Shown in pieces: positions 31,398 to 40,760 of a DNA stretch of 64,000 nucleotides. Position 1 is the stretch's first letter; each line of letters starts with the position of its first letter. The position numbers were made by a program, and so were the translations under genes. The notes under the pieces were generated by a model. It was not told the origin of the DNA and did not search any database. It saw only the letters and a list, made by a program, of their open reading frames with translations. Source of the stretch: Candidatus Thorarchaeota archaeon (lineage in GTDB: Archaea; Asgardarchaeota; Thorarchaeia; Thorarchaeales; Thorarchaeaceae); the NCBI GenBank assembly GCA_038893995.1, contig JAWAQK010000005.1, forward strand, positions 1-64,000, given 5' to 3'.

Positions 31398-32035
31398 AGG
31401 TGTCTATCTAGGTTACGCCTAACGGTTTCGTTGGGTAGTTCGTCCACTGCACATTGCAATAGTTCCTCGTCTGAACTCAGAAGTTTCCCGATGAACCTCA
31501 GTGCTGCCGATGATCTCATTTGAGTTGGCGTACTTGCGTTACTAGATATCACCGGCTTCATGCCCACCTCCACTGCAGTTTCGAGGTTACTCCTTAGAGT
31601 CTTCAGGATCCTTGACCGCTCAAGCCCTGTCGTCTTTAAAAGAGGCTGTATCTGGATCTCAAGTAACTTATCATTGTCAGCGGCCAGTCTGGCTACTGGT
31701 CTATGCATGATACACTCGCGAGCGTATGGATCCACGGTAATCAGGTCCACATTTGGATCCGTCGCGGCCCATGCTACTGTCTGGCGGGTTCCGAGAGCTA
31801 TTGCAACAACTACTGACCGTTCTCGAGCACGCCTGGCTTGGACTCGGAGCTCGTCAATGCTTCTCAGTTGTAGATTTGTTCGTGCATACACGCTGACATT
31901 ATCGCGAAACGTGATAGGCGTGTCGAGTGGACATGTTGTGGCAAATCCACTAATTCGCAGGGATCTGGCCATCAATGTGAACCTGTCCAACAAGTCCATG
32001 CTTTCAATCCTCACACTAAGGTCGACTAGTCCCAA
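31394..32035 (-). CDS. rnp3: RNase P protein Rpp30
   Basis: VDLI, VARLAADN..LEI, ISSNAS...MRS; conserved operon context. Confidence 0.85.
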   Translation of the reverse strand: MGLVDLSVRIESMDLLDRFTLMARSLRISGFATTCPLDTPITFRDNVSVYARTNLQLRSIDELRVQARRARERSVVVAIALGTRQTVAWAATDPNVDLITVDPYARECIMHRPVARLAADNDKLLEIQIQPLLKTTGLERSRILKTLRSNLETAVEVGMKPVISSNASTPTQMRSSAALRFIGKLLSSDEELLQCAVDELPNETVRRNLDRHL

Positions 32036-32492
32036 CCCACTCCCTCCTCTGACGTGAATCGAGGATGAATTCTCTGATGTCAGAAACTGAGCATCGGGGG
32101 AAGTTTCTGAAGTGCACACTGACACTGATCACATCTGGTCCATGTGCCAGCCGGATCTGACCCATGTATGCATGCTGTTTCTCAATGCGGAGATAGAGCC
32201 GACAGACTTCGTCAACTCTCTCCTTCAGTGTTTCTAGGATCCGATCTACATCTTCCTGTTGCAAGGCCTGCATTAGGTACGAAAAGGTCCTCTTACAGTC
32301 TTCCCTGCCCTTCAACACCATTGTGAGTACCAATATCACGTTCTGGTACTGGCCCTCGGCCCTTTTCGTTGTCACAGTGGCCTCTGGTCTGAGCTCCTCT
32401 GGCAATATAGCCAGCAGCGATGCATGAACTCTGGATGGGACCTCAGTTGCACGCGAGTATGCACGAGCCTCGATCCTCTCAATGAAGAGCAT
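32016..32492 (-). CDS. COG1325 RNA-binding protein (exosome superoperon)
   Basis: RATE, EGQYQN, LYLRIEKQ; lies between eL15 and rpp30. Confidence 0.85.
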   Translation of the reverse strand: MLFIERIEARAYSRATEVPSRVHASLLAILPEELRPEATVTTKRAEGQYQNVILVLTMVLKGREDCKRTFSYLMQALQQEDVDRILETLKERVDEVCRLYLRIEKQHAYMGQIRLAHGPDVISVSVHFRNFPRCSVSDIREFILDSRQRREWVGTSRP

Positions 32493-32511
32493 CTTTGAGC
32501 CCCTAATGGTT

Positions 32512-33093
32512 CTACTTGCCTCTATTACGTCGCGCGGCAAGAGATGGTCTTAGCTTCTCAGCTCCCGTGCCTCTATTATCAAGCCCACGGCTCTTCTTGC
32601 CAGCAGAAGTAAGGCCTCTGTTCTCACGTCCCCTATGAACAGGGTCACATATCCAATTGATGTGTGGGTCGTTGTATATGGATGGGTGATTCGGATCGAC
32701 CATTATGACCTCGTAGAATATCCACTTGTGGTCTTGCCCAACCCAGTATGAGTTGAGCACTCTCAGATTGGGATACTTTCTTCCCGCGCGCTCCTCTGCA
32801 ATCCATTGTCTTGACTTCTTGGGTGTGTATTTGCTGACACCCAGACTTCTGGGTTTTCTGCCAGCATCCGGACGGATCTTCTCTCTTGGTCCTCTACCAG
32901 TCCTCACACGCACAACTATGTATCCCTGCTTTGCCTTGTACCCGAGAGCGCGTGCGCGGGCAAGCCTCGTCGGTTTCTCGAGTCGGACAATGCTCTGCTG
33001 CTTTCTCCAAACTATCAACCTGCTCCGGACCAGTTCGGTCCGCTCCTTCTGTTCAGCTAGCCAGGACTTATCCATGTACTTGTATGCAGACAT
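32512..33093 (-). CDS. rpl15e: Ribosomal protein eL15
   Basis: LGYKAKQG, VLNSYWVG, RGLTSAG. Confidence 0.98.
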   Translation of the reverse strand: MSAYKYMDKSWLAEQKERTELVRSRLIVWRKQQSIVRLEKPTRLARARALGYKAKQGYIVVRVRTGRGPREKIRPDAGRKPRSLGVSKYTPKKSRQWIAEERAGRKYPNLRVLNSYWVGQDHKWIFYEVIMVDPNHPSIYNDPHINWICDPVHRGRENRGLTSAGKKSRGLDNRGTGAEKLRPSLAARRNRGK

Positions 33094-33104
33094 TTCACTA
33101 CACT

Positions 33105-33186
33105 TTCCTTTGTGGAATTCATTCCCTTGTTCTGGTTCAGCCAGACATGGCTACATCCCACGGACTTGTCCGCCATCACAAAGGAA
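33105..33186 (-). promoter_or_regulatory. Structured 5' leader of rpl15e (eL15-leader-like)
   Basis: 10-bp TTCCTTTGTG/CACAAAGGAA stem enclosing GGGATGT-AGCCA/TGGCT-GAACCA. Confidence 0.65.
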
Positions 33187-33263
33187 TCAGCTCAGACATT
33201 ACCGTCCTTGGAGCTATACTGCTCGTTGAGTAGTCTACTTAAAGACGTAACGATTCGCATCAC

Positions 33264-34181
33264 CTATTTCGACTTGAACTCATTGATGACCTTCTCTGCC
33301 GCAAGGTCTCCAACTCTTTCTTGCGCCTCCTCAGTGGATGAAGCCAGATGCGGTGTCGCAACCACCTTTGGATGCTTGGCAAGAGACCAGTCCGTTGGAG
33401 GCTCCTGCTCAAAGACGTCGAGTCCTGCTCCAGCTATGGTCCCCTCATCGAGGGCCTTGAGAAGCGCAGCCTCATCTATGATCCCTCCCCTGGCGGTGTT
33501 GATTATGTATGCGGTCTTTTTCATCCGCCTCAACTCTTTCTCGCCAATCATGTTCTTCGTTTCTGGTAACAGAGGTACGTGAACCGTGATGAAGTCTGAT
33601 TTCTCAAGGATCTCATTCAGGGATGCGGAGGTTATGCCGAGTTTCTTGCATTTCTCTTTCACATCGATCACGTCGTAGGCAAGTACCATCATTCCAAACG
33701 CAGTCGCCCTCTTTGCAACCTCGACCCCTATGCGTCCCAGGCCAATCACTCCCAATGTTTTCTGCCACAGTTCGACTCCGGACAGACTTTTCTTCTCCCA
33801 CTGTTGTGCTTTCATCAGTGAGTCTGCTCGTGTCAGTCCCCTGGCAAGTGCCAACATATGTGCGAATACCATTTCTGCGACAGATACCGTGGGTGCCTCT
33901 GGTGTGTTGAGGACCTTTATTCCCCTGGCCTCTGCTGCCTTCTGGTCGACGTTGTCGAGGCCAACACCAGCACGTACGATCAGTTTCAGCCTGTCAGCTG
34001 CCTCGATCACCTTGCTAGTCACCTTTGTGGCACTTCTGACAAGTATGCAGTCGAATCCCTTGATCTGTTGTTCAACTGGCCCGTCGACATCCTTGTTTCT
34101 GACGACGACCTCGAGGCCTGCATTCTCCATTCTCTTCTTAGCAGACTCGGCTATTGGATCAGCTACCAGCACACGAACCAT
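33264..34181 (-). CDS. D-2-hydroxyacid / D-3-phosphoglycerate dehydrogenase (no ACT domain)
   Basis: RAGVGLDNVD, GLGRIG, NTARG, DVFEQEP, TPH. Confidence 0.92.
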   Translation of the reverse strand: MVRVLVADPIAESAKKRMENAGLEVVVRNKDVDGPVEQQIKGFDCILVRSATKVTSKVIEAADRLKLIVRAGVGLDNVDQKAAEARGIKVLNTPEAPTVSVAEMVFAHMLALARGLTRADSLMKAQQWEKKSLSGVELWQKTLGVIGLGRIGVEVAKRATAFGMMVLAYDVIDVKEKCKKLGITSASLNEILEKSDFITVHVPLLPETKNMIGEKELRRMKKTAYIINTARGGIIDEAALLKALDEGTIAGAGLDVFEQEPPTDWSLAKHPKVVATPHLASSTEEAQERVGDLAAEKVINEFKSK

Positions 34182-34277
34182 TGGAATACCTCCTTACGAA
34201 CGAGCGCCAGGCGGTGGAATGTCAGTCTTAAACTTGGCGGGCGAACATTGAAATCTGACGCTGTGCCGGATAACCCT

Positions 34278-34814
34278 ATGAAGAAGCAAATAGAACCAAC
34301 TACAGCTGTAGTGCCCTGTCCAGTCGTTCTGCTCAGCGTGGGCAATGGAACCGATGCAAATGTTTTGACGGTCTCGTGGATCGCCAATGTCTGCAGCGAT
34401 CCTCCTACCGTTGCTGTCGGGATTCGACCTACGAGATATAGCCATACTCTACTCAAGCAGAGCAATGACTTTGTCCTGAACATCCCGTCGGTCAACATGA
34501 TTGAAGCAGTCGTGAGATGCGGCTCAGTCTCAGGTCGTGAACACGACAAGTTCGCAGAGTGCAGTCTCACGGCTACGCCATCATCCGCAGTCAGAAGTCC
34601 CGCAATCCAAGAGTGTCCAATACACATAGAGTGCAAGGTCCGGAATGTCATTCCGCTGGGTTCTCATGACCTATTTCTGGGGGGGGTTGTTTCTGTCAGT
34701 GTAGATCCTGATGTGCTTGATAGCAATGGCCGCCTCGATGTATCAGCAGCTTCCCTGTTGACCTATGTTCCTCTTGCAGGTGAATACTGGAGTCTACGTG
34801 GCAGGGTTCGTTGA
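34278..34814 (+). CDS. Flavin reductase-like FMN-binding protein
   Basis: PCPVVLLS, CGSVSGREHDKF, IECKV, GSHDLF. Confidence 0.9.
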   Translation: MKKQIEPTTAVVPCPVVLLSVGNGTDANVLTVSWIANVCSDPPTVAVGIRPTRYSHTLLKQSNDFVLNIPSVNMIEAVVRCGSVSGREHDKFAECSLTATPSSAVRSPAIQECPIHIECKVRNVIPLGSHDLFLGGVVSVSVDPDVLDSNGRLDVSAASLLTYVPLAGEYWSLRGRVR

Positions 34815-34816
34815 GC

Positions 34817-36034
34817 CTACTTGAGGCCCTTAGCGCTAACTATCTTGATCACGTCCCGGTCTTTTAGCACGTGTTTGTCTGAAATCCTCATCTTTGTCCT
34901 TGCATCGATTGCGTGTATGAAACTCTCCATAAGATCCGTGTGTATGTATCCGGCAAATTCCTTGGCCGTAGTACCCTCTGGAACCAGGAAGACATCAGGT
35001 AGCACATTCCCATCGGCATCGCTGAGCGTATTTGGGTCGTGAACAGGATAGACGGTTATCATCTTCAGGTAGTCAAAGACAGCTTCATTCAAGATTCTTT
35101 GGACTCCCGTACCTCCAAACTTCTTGAGGATGTCGGTACGAATTCTCTCCAGCTGGGCAAGATCGCTGGGAGCGAGCTGCTCCGGATGAACTATCTCAAA
35201 ATCATCACTCCCTGAAACGTATCTTATCACGCCCTGCCGGTCTAGGGACCTCAACACCTTCTCTGCCAGCGCACTTGTGGGTACTATCAGTAGATTTGGC
35301 ACTGCCTGTTTCATTTTCAGGTAGATTTCTGATGCTCCCGGCCTATCGATCTTGTTGGCTGCAATTATGATTGGCTTCGAGGCCCTCTGAAGTGCCATTG
35401 CAAACTGCTTCATCTCATCTTTTGACCATCTATCAGCGACCTCTGTCTTGAGTCCCGAGTCCCGTATTGCCCTTGCTATGTGAGCTCTGGTGATGCTCAG
35501 TCCAGACAGCTTTTCCAAGAGTAGATCCTCCAACTTGGCCCCCTCTGCGCGCACCCTTCCCGTGATTCTTCTCCAATCCTTCTCCAATATACTGAGTATC
35601 CATTCTGAGATCTCGTCCTCCAAGAAACGTATATCGTCGATCGGGTCATGTGACCCTACGGTGACTTCTTGTCCCTCTGAGTCAAGTGAGCCGCTCGCAT
35701 CCACTATGTGGATCAACACACTCGCCTGACGTAGATCATCGAGGAACTGGTTTCCCATTCCTCTTCCCTCATGTGCTCCGGGCACGAGTCCTGCAACATC
35801 AATCATCTTTACGGGGACTAGCCTTGTTCCATCGATACACAGAGAGTTTCTTGGATTGTCCTTCACGCCAAAGTCCTTGCAGGCACATCTTGTCGTCACA
35901 TGGGCCACTCCCACGTTAGCCTCAATTGTTGTGAATGGGTAGCTCCCGACCTTGAAGTCGGTCATGCAGGCTGCATTGGTGAAGGAGGTCTTTCCAGAGG
36001 ACGGTTTGCCGACGATGCCAATGCTAAATACCAT
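34817..36034 (-). CDS. ychF: Obg-family YchF-like ATPase/GTPase with TGS domain
   Basis: GKPSSGKT, YPFTT, DVAGLVPGA, NKID, IHTDL. Confidence 0.92.
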   Translation of the reverse strand: MVFSIGIVGKPSSGKTSFTNAACMTDFKVGSYPFTTIEANVGVAHVTTRCACKDFGVKDNPRNSLCIDGTRLVPVKMIDVAGLVPGAHEGRGMGNQFLDDLRQASVLIHIVDASGSLDSEGQEVTVGSHDPIDDIRFLEDEISEWILSILEKDWRRITGRVRAEGAKLEDLLLEKLSGLSITRAHIARAIRDSGLKTEVADRWSKDEMKQFAMALQRASKPIIIAANKIDRPGASEIYLKMKQAVPNLLIVPTSALAEKVLRSLDRQGVIRYVSGSDDFEIVHPEQLAPSDLAQLERIRTDILKKFGGTGVQRILNEAVFDYLKMITVYPVHDPNTLSDADGNVLPDVFLVPEGTTAKEFAGYIHTDLMESFIHAIDARTKMRISDKHVLKDRDVIKIVSAKGLK

Positions 36035-36212
36035 TCAACCACCCTGTAGTAAGTCGATTGTTCATGCTCTGTGATAAACATCACCGTTCTGGGCCCGTCT
36101 TTATGCTCAGATTGCTTTCTTCATAATGTGCGTGAAGTCCGAGCCGACTTCCGAATATACGGAGCTGAACGACCGGTGTGCAAGTACTTGAATGAGGCTG
36201 GACACGCCCCAT

Positions 36213-36410
36213 CTAGATGGGGGTATCCCCGTGTTTGAGTATGAGGATCGTTACCATCGTCGCCGCAATCATGACAACTGTTACGAAGACAAATGGATTG
36301 ATCCCTGCATGACTGGGCGGAAGAGGAGTCAGAGTGCCAAGCAGTGCTAGCACAGCACAGATCGCTAGAGCAATTATCGGAATCCAGCGCTTAGATTGCT
36401 CCATATGCAC
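36213..36410 (-). CDS. Small two-TM hypothetical protein
   Basis: Two hydrophobic stretches; co-directional and close to the upstream genes. Confidence 0.6.
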   Translation of the reverse strand: MHMEQSKRWIPIIALAICAVLALLGTLTPLPPSHAGINPFVFVTVVMIAATMVTILILKHGDTPI

Positions 36411-36430
36411 AACACCGTATGGCTACTCTA

Positions 36431-36721
36431 TTATTGCTTTCGTGCAGCTTGACACAGTTCTACCAGCCTTGCATCAATAGATCTCAGGACGACCTTAATG
36501 AGATCTCCCAGTCGAGAAACAGACTTGATCAGGTGTGCGGCAACTTGATCGGTGTTGCCTCCGATTCCTCGAAGCACTTGAGTGCCCTCGCCCGACAAGA
36601 GACGGATTGATTCAGTCACAAGTATGAGCAGCTTCTGTATCTCTGTTTCTACTTGCTCTCGTTGATCTTGCACATATCTCCTCAGGGAGATAATGCCGTC
36701 AACATCATGCTCAGCTGACAC
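36431..36721 (-). CDS. Hypothetical helical protein downstream of GINS
   Basis: ATG 6 nt after the GINS stop, preceded by GGAGTGA. Confidence 0.7.
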   Translation of the reverse strand: MSAEHDVDGIISLRRYVQDQREQVETEIQKLLILVTESIRLLSGEGTQVLRGIGGNTDQVAAHLIKSVSRLGDLIKVVLRSIDARLVELCQAARKQ

Positions 36722-36727
36722 ATCGTT

Positions 36728-37330
36728 TCACTCCTCTTTACTATCCAGCACCACCCTCGTCACGGTTCCATTTCTTAACCAGTGCTTTACATTTTCGTAC
36801 GGGACAGAGGCAATGTCCTCAGCTTTGAATGGTCCGTACGTTTCGCCGTCAACTCCTACAAAGGCACTATCTATGGGCTTGATGAACCGCACAGTCACAT
36901 AGTCCGTAGTGGTGTCACAGCTGGTGCCATCATCTCCAGCAGATCCCGATTTCCGAACAGACCCGCCGGCCAGTACCTCTTCCGCGAATTCCAGATGACC
37001 CGCTGACGCCCTCTGCAATCTGCCGAAGAATTCCTCCTCCGCATTTGTCATAGCCCCGGTGGGTCGTCTGTTTTCGAGTGCGTCCCTCAATATCTTATCG
37101 CGCCGGATTGACACTAGGTCATTCAACATGAACTCTACGTTCCTTATCATTGCTGTTAGAAGCTCCGCTCTCAGCTGTTGTTCGGACGGAGTCTGTGCAA
37201 GATCCACTCTCAGCATGGTCAGGTACTCCATTGCCTTACTGAGTTTCGTGTCGTCAAGGTCCTGAAGGTCTTCATTTTCCATCTCGTTGGTCCAGAGCCG
37301 ATTCAGGTACTCGTAGCCGTCCTCATTCAA
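36728..37330 (-). CDS. GINS subunit (Gins51)
   Basis: L.SIRRDKI helical A-domain plus B-domain VGVDGETYGPFKAEDIASVP; follows priS. Confidence 0.9.
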   Translation of the reverse strand: MNEDGYEYLNRLWTNEMENEDLQDLDDTKLSKAMEYLTMLRVDLAQTPSEQQLRAELLTAMIRNVEFMLNDLVSIRRDKILRDALENRRPTGAMTNAEEEFFGRLQRASAGHLEFAEEVLAGGSVRKSGSAGDDGTSCDTTTDYVTVRFIKPIDSAFVGVDGETYGPFKAEDIASVPYENVKHWLRNGTVTRVVLDSKEE

Positions 37331-38711
37331 CTGTTGCGACCCCCTTGCAGAGAAAGAACATCGCGGCAGAAAGAGGCATCTCGATAACCTCGTCCGTGTA
37401 AGGGCCGTAACTCACGTCTCCAATTCTGATTGGTGGGACTTCGACACTGCTCCTGACTCTTATCTTTCGTTTTCCCTCAAACACAATGCTGTCGGAAAGA
37501 GGGTCAAAGTCATCCGCCTCGTCTCGTGTTACGGGTCTGACGAGGAACCCTGTCTTTCCGTTCAGACTGCCTGCTAGACGAATGACGCGATGCAGATCAT
37601 GTGTTACAGGTTCATCAATCTCGGCTCCCCATTTGCTTGCTGCACTAGTCAGGATCTCTTGCCATGTTCCATAACCTATGCCCTTCACCGGTCTGAGTAT
37701 TGGCGGGTCTCTCTTGAGACCGTCAATGGTCTGCTGTCGCGTCACCTGGTTCTTCAGTATCTTCGTCCATCTGCTACTCTCTTGATACCCGTCGATTTCA
37801 GTGAGATAGCTGATCAACGCATCGGCAGCCTTTCCATGCCAGCCAGGCGTCCCTCTCCGAGGGACCACGATGACCCTTTCTTGTTGGCCCAGGATCCTTC
37901 TTGCGTTGATACCCCTCCCCGTAACGAAGTGTATGATCTCTATTCTCGCGCTTGAGTCGAGTTTCGACACATCCGGGTCTAGGACCCGCACATGATACCC
38001 TCTATGGCCGCTGTAGTTCACTCGGATGTTTGTTGGCTCGATGCCCAGGTCCTCAACGAGAAACTTGTCGTAAAGTCGGAGTGCATTCGTCTTTGCTAAT
38101 CCCAGACATCTCTCACAGATCCACTTCAGTGTACCAAATGTGGTGCCGCCGCACTCAGGACAGCCATTGTCCGGAGGCTCATTTGTTCCCGTCCTGCCGC
38201 ACTTCTTGCAGATCCACTTGTCATGTACGTTCTTGCAAGGAGAGTTCAGATGGTCTGCATCAATATCGAATACCAGTTCTGCCCCCTGCCAACCCTTCTC
38301 ATCCATGTTCCTCGCGACAGGGGCTCTGTAGAACGCTGCCGAGTGATATATGCTGTGAGGCGGAGACTCCACTAGGAATTGGGTCAACTCCTGCGCAGAT
38401 CCAAAACCCAGATGGCGCGTCCAGTTGTTCCACTGAAGTCCGGATGCCCCACATCTCGGACATTTTCTTAGCGTGGGAAGGAATTCCGACCCCTTTTCAC
38501 CGCAGCCGATCTCCTCGCTCACCACGAATGAGTGCTTAGAGAGAACATACCTCCTTTCTACTCTTCTTCTGTTGCAGGTCCAGTTGTACTTGAAGCTCTC
38601 AACTCCAAACTCTCTCATATTGAGCTTCTCGGGGATACTCACCTTTTCAGGATGAGCACGGTAGTGCGACTGGAAGGTCAACTGAATGAACTTTCGAGTC
38701 TTCCAGTCCAT
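37323..38711 (-). CDS. priS: DNA primase catalytic subunit with Zn-ribbon insertions
   Basis: REFG, ELVFDIDAD, YSGHRGYH, IDEPVTHD.HR..R..GSL. Confidence 0.94.
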   Translation of the reverse strand: MDWKTRKFIQLTFQSHYRAHPEKVSIPEKLNMREFGVESFKYNWTCNRRRVERRYVLSKHSFVVSEEIGCGEKGSEFLPTLRKCPRCGASGLQWNNWTRHLGFGSAQELTQFLVESPPHSIYHSAAFYRAPVARNMDEKGWQGAELVFDIDADHLNSPCKNVHDKWICKKCGRTGTNEPPDNGCPECGGTTFGTLKWICERCLGLAKTNALRLYDKFLVEDLGIEPTNIRVNYSGHRGYHVRVLDPDVSKLDSSARIEIIHFVTGRGINARRILGQQERVIVVPRRGTPGWHGKAADALISYLTEIDGYQESSRWTKILKNQVTRQQTIDGLKRDPPILRPVKGIGYGTWQEILTSAASKWGAEIDEPVTHDLHRVIRLAGSLNGKTGFLVRPVTRDEADDFDPLSDSIVFEGKRKIRVRSSVEVPPIRIGDVSYGPYTDEVIEMPLSAAMFFLCKGVATVE

Positions 38712-38803
38712 CTGTGCATTCTCCTCTATGTTTGTTCATGCACACTAGGGAGAGTTTCCCTGCCACATCCTGTGTGGTCGATCTTGTCCGCTCTACGGAT
38801 CTG

Positions 38804-39559
38804 TCATCTCCTCTGGACCCTCGGAGCAAGAATAAAGCCGACTCTGCTTCCCTCTGCCAGATTGAAGTCGAGCGTGATTGGCTTGTTGGTGCTAAACTGA
38901 AGGATCACAGTGTCCCCCGAAACTGATCTTGATATCTCTGATAGGTAACTCAGGGCGTACATCGAGGTGGCGCTGTTCTTGACCTTCAGGTCAAAGAGGG
39001 CCGATTCGTCTCCCAGCTTGAGCACAACCTCTGCCTCTCCGCTGTCTCCCTCTCCCGCCAAGATGATGGCCTCGTTGTTTGCACTTATTCTAACATGACT
39101 GGAGAACACGCCCACATCACGTATTGCCTGTTTGAACCCTTCAGCATACATCTCCGCCCGGACATCAAGTTCCGTAGATGGTCTTCGGGGAACGCTATCA
39201 GGTGGTGTCAACATCCTCAGCCTGAAGATTCTGTCAGCTTGACCTAGTGTTCGTATCTGGAACTTCTCCGCATCAGCATCCTCAATCACAAACTCGAGTC
39301 TATCGTCTCCCCCAAGTCGCTTGCTGATCTTCGCGAGCTCGTCCACTCCGAGGCAGATTTGACGCTCTCTGTCACACATGTACTCTTGGAATACACTTGC
39401 TGGGAGCATCAGATCAATCATTGCAGCTCGTGACGAGTCCATCTGCCGTAGTGCGATTCCGTCACTGGATGCAACAAAGTGCGCTTCTGTGAGGAGCGTG
39501 GTCAGCGCATCCACGATCTGTTTCCACATCTTCGTACTGTCAAGGGTCGCCTTGAACAA
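38804..39559 (-). CDS. pcn: PCNA sliding clamp
   Basis: MFKA, MDSSRAAMIDL, YALSYL, ILAPR. Confidence 0.96.
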   Translation of the reverse strand: MFKATLDSTKMWKQIVDALTTLLTEAHFVASSDGIALRQMDSSRAAMIDLMLPASVFQEYMCDRERQICLGVDELAKISKRLGGDDRLEFVIEDADAEKFQIRTLGQADRIFRLRMLTPPDSVPRRPSTELDVRAEMYAEGFKQAIRDVGVFSSHVRISANNEAIILAGEGDSGEAEVVLKLGDESALFDLKVKNSATSMYALSYLSEISRSVSGDTVILQFSTNKPITLDFNLAEGSRVGFILAPRVQRR

Positions 39560-39572
39560 TTCTTTTCCTCCT

Positions 39573-39935
39573 TCACTTTACTGCCGCTCTCAGTGCCTTT
39601 TCCTCTAGTTCTAGTGCTCGCTTAAACTCTTTGATGTCCAGTCTGCTGATGTCGTGCACCTTCTCAGCAATCAACCTTATGCCTGTGTCGCTGCTCTCCG
39701 AAACACTCCCGACAATCATATACATTCTGCCCACCTCGAGTGTATCATCCACGAGCACTTGAACTGTTCCAGCGTGTCCTATTTCATCAATAATGTCCTG
39801 AACCTGTGCCACTCCCTTGTCTGAATCAATGACGATGCACATGATGCTCACTGGGTCGTTGAGCTGGTTAGAGAGGTTTCGTATACGCGTGAGTCTTGCT
39901 GATCGTCTACGCGGCTGTGAGATGTCCTCTGGTAT
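39573..39935 (-). CDS. RPA14/RPA3-like small OB-fold subunit (probable ATA start)
   Basis: Frame stays open upstream of the called GTG (PEDISQPRRRSARLTRIRNL...); OB pattern; C-terminal helix LDIKEFKRALELE. Confidence 0.7.
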   Translation of the reverse strand: MPEDISQPRRRSARLTRIRNLSNQLNDPVSIMCIVIDSDKGVAQVQDIIDEIGHAGTVQVLVDDTLEVGRMYMIVGSVSESSDTGIRLIAEKVHDISRLDIKEFKRALELEEKALRAAVK

Positions 39936-40000
39936 CTCTCATCACCCACGAAGTAGTTCGGTGCTGCATGCTATGCAACCGCGGTATAAAGCATGTTTTG

Positions 40001-40342
40001 TCAGCGTCCTCCATAGTATCGCCAAGTATGCTTGCACTTGGTACACCTGTAGAACTCAGTTGACCCCTCGTCGGCTCTCCTAGTCTGTACAGTCCAATAG
40101 TACGCAACTCTATTACCACACTTCTCGCAGACCGCGGTGGTTGTGGGCATCGGCACCTGGTCGTCCTCCACAATGACGATCTTGTCGCGTGGGGTCTTTG
40201 TGATCCTTCTAGTGACTGACATCTCCCCCCTTGACTGGTCTAGTGTCTTGACTGCACCACAACTACGGCACTTGAGCACCCTGTGGCCATCGTCTGTCGT
40301 GCTGACGGCCATCATTGCGCCGCACTTCTCGCAGAACTCCAT
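40001..40342 (-). CDS. tfs: Transcription factor S (TFS/RpoM)
   Basis: FCEKCG...CRSCG; CEKCG...QTRRADEGSTEFYRCTKC. Confidence 0.96.
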   Translation of the reverse strand: MEFCEKCGAMMAVSTTDDGHRVLKCRSCGAVKTLDQSRGEMSVTRRITKTPRDKIVIVEDDQVPMPTTTAVCEKCGNRVAYYWTVQTRRADEGSTEFYRCTKCKHTWRYYGGR

Positions 40343-40557
40343 GTCTTGTATCACTTCGGAGATTGCCCGGTGAGCTCTTCAATTAAGGCTTACTGAAACA
40401 TACAATACAATGTGTTTCACGATCTACGCTCCCTGGTCCCGCGTGACATGACCGTGCTGAGTCGCCATTACCCAGTGAGATTCGAAATATTTATCTCGCT
40501 GCACTAGGCTTGCGCCCATTGCAGTAGTCCGGTGCAATGGACCTCTGTGACCGACAT

Positions 40558-40661
40558 GCCCCAGTAGCTCAGGTGGTTAGATCGCCTCCTTGGTATGGCG
40601 TCACGACCTGTGGTCGCTAACAGACAGGAGGAAGTCGCGAGTTCAAATCTCGCCTGGGGCT
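40558..40661 (+). tRNA. tRNA-Thr(GGT) with canonical intron 40596-40625, CCA encoded
   Basis: GCCCCAG/CTGGGGC acceptor; CCTCC-TTGGTA^...^A-GGAGG; TTCAAAT. Confidence 0.94.
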
Positions 40662-40760
40662 CCAAATCTCCAGGCTCATTCTTCAACGCAAGTCGCCTCT
40701 GATTAGGTTGACCATGTACAGGACTGGATGCCTGCAATGATGTGATAGGATGTGCTGTGA

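Noticed and set aside
33858-34277. Long N-terminal extension of the flavin reductase ORF (likewise thpR, eIF2gamma, rpp30, CoA-transferase) and the many antisense ORFs
   Set aside because: They overlap real genes or promoter regions and lack family motifs; starts were trimmed.
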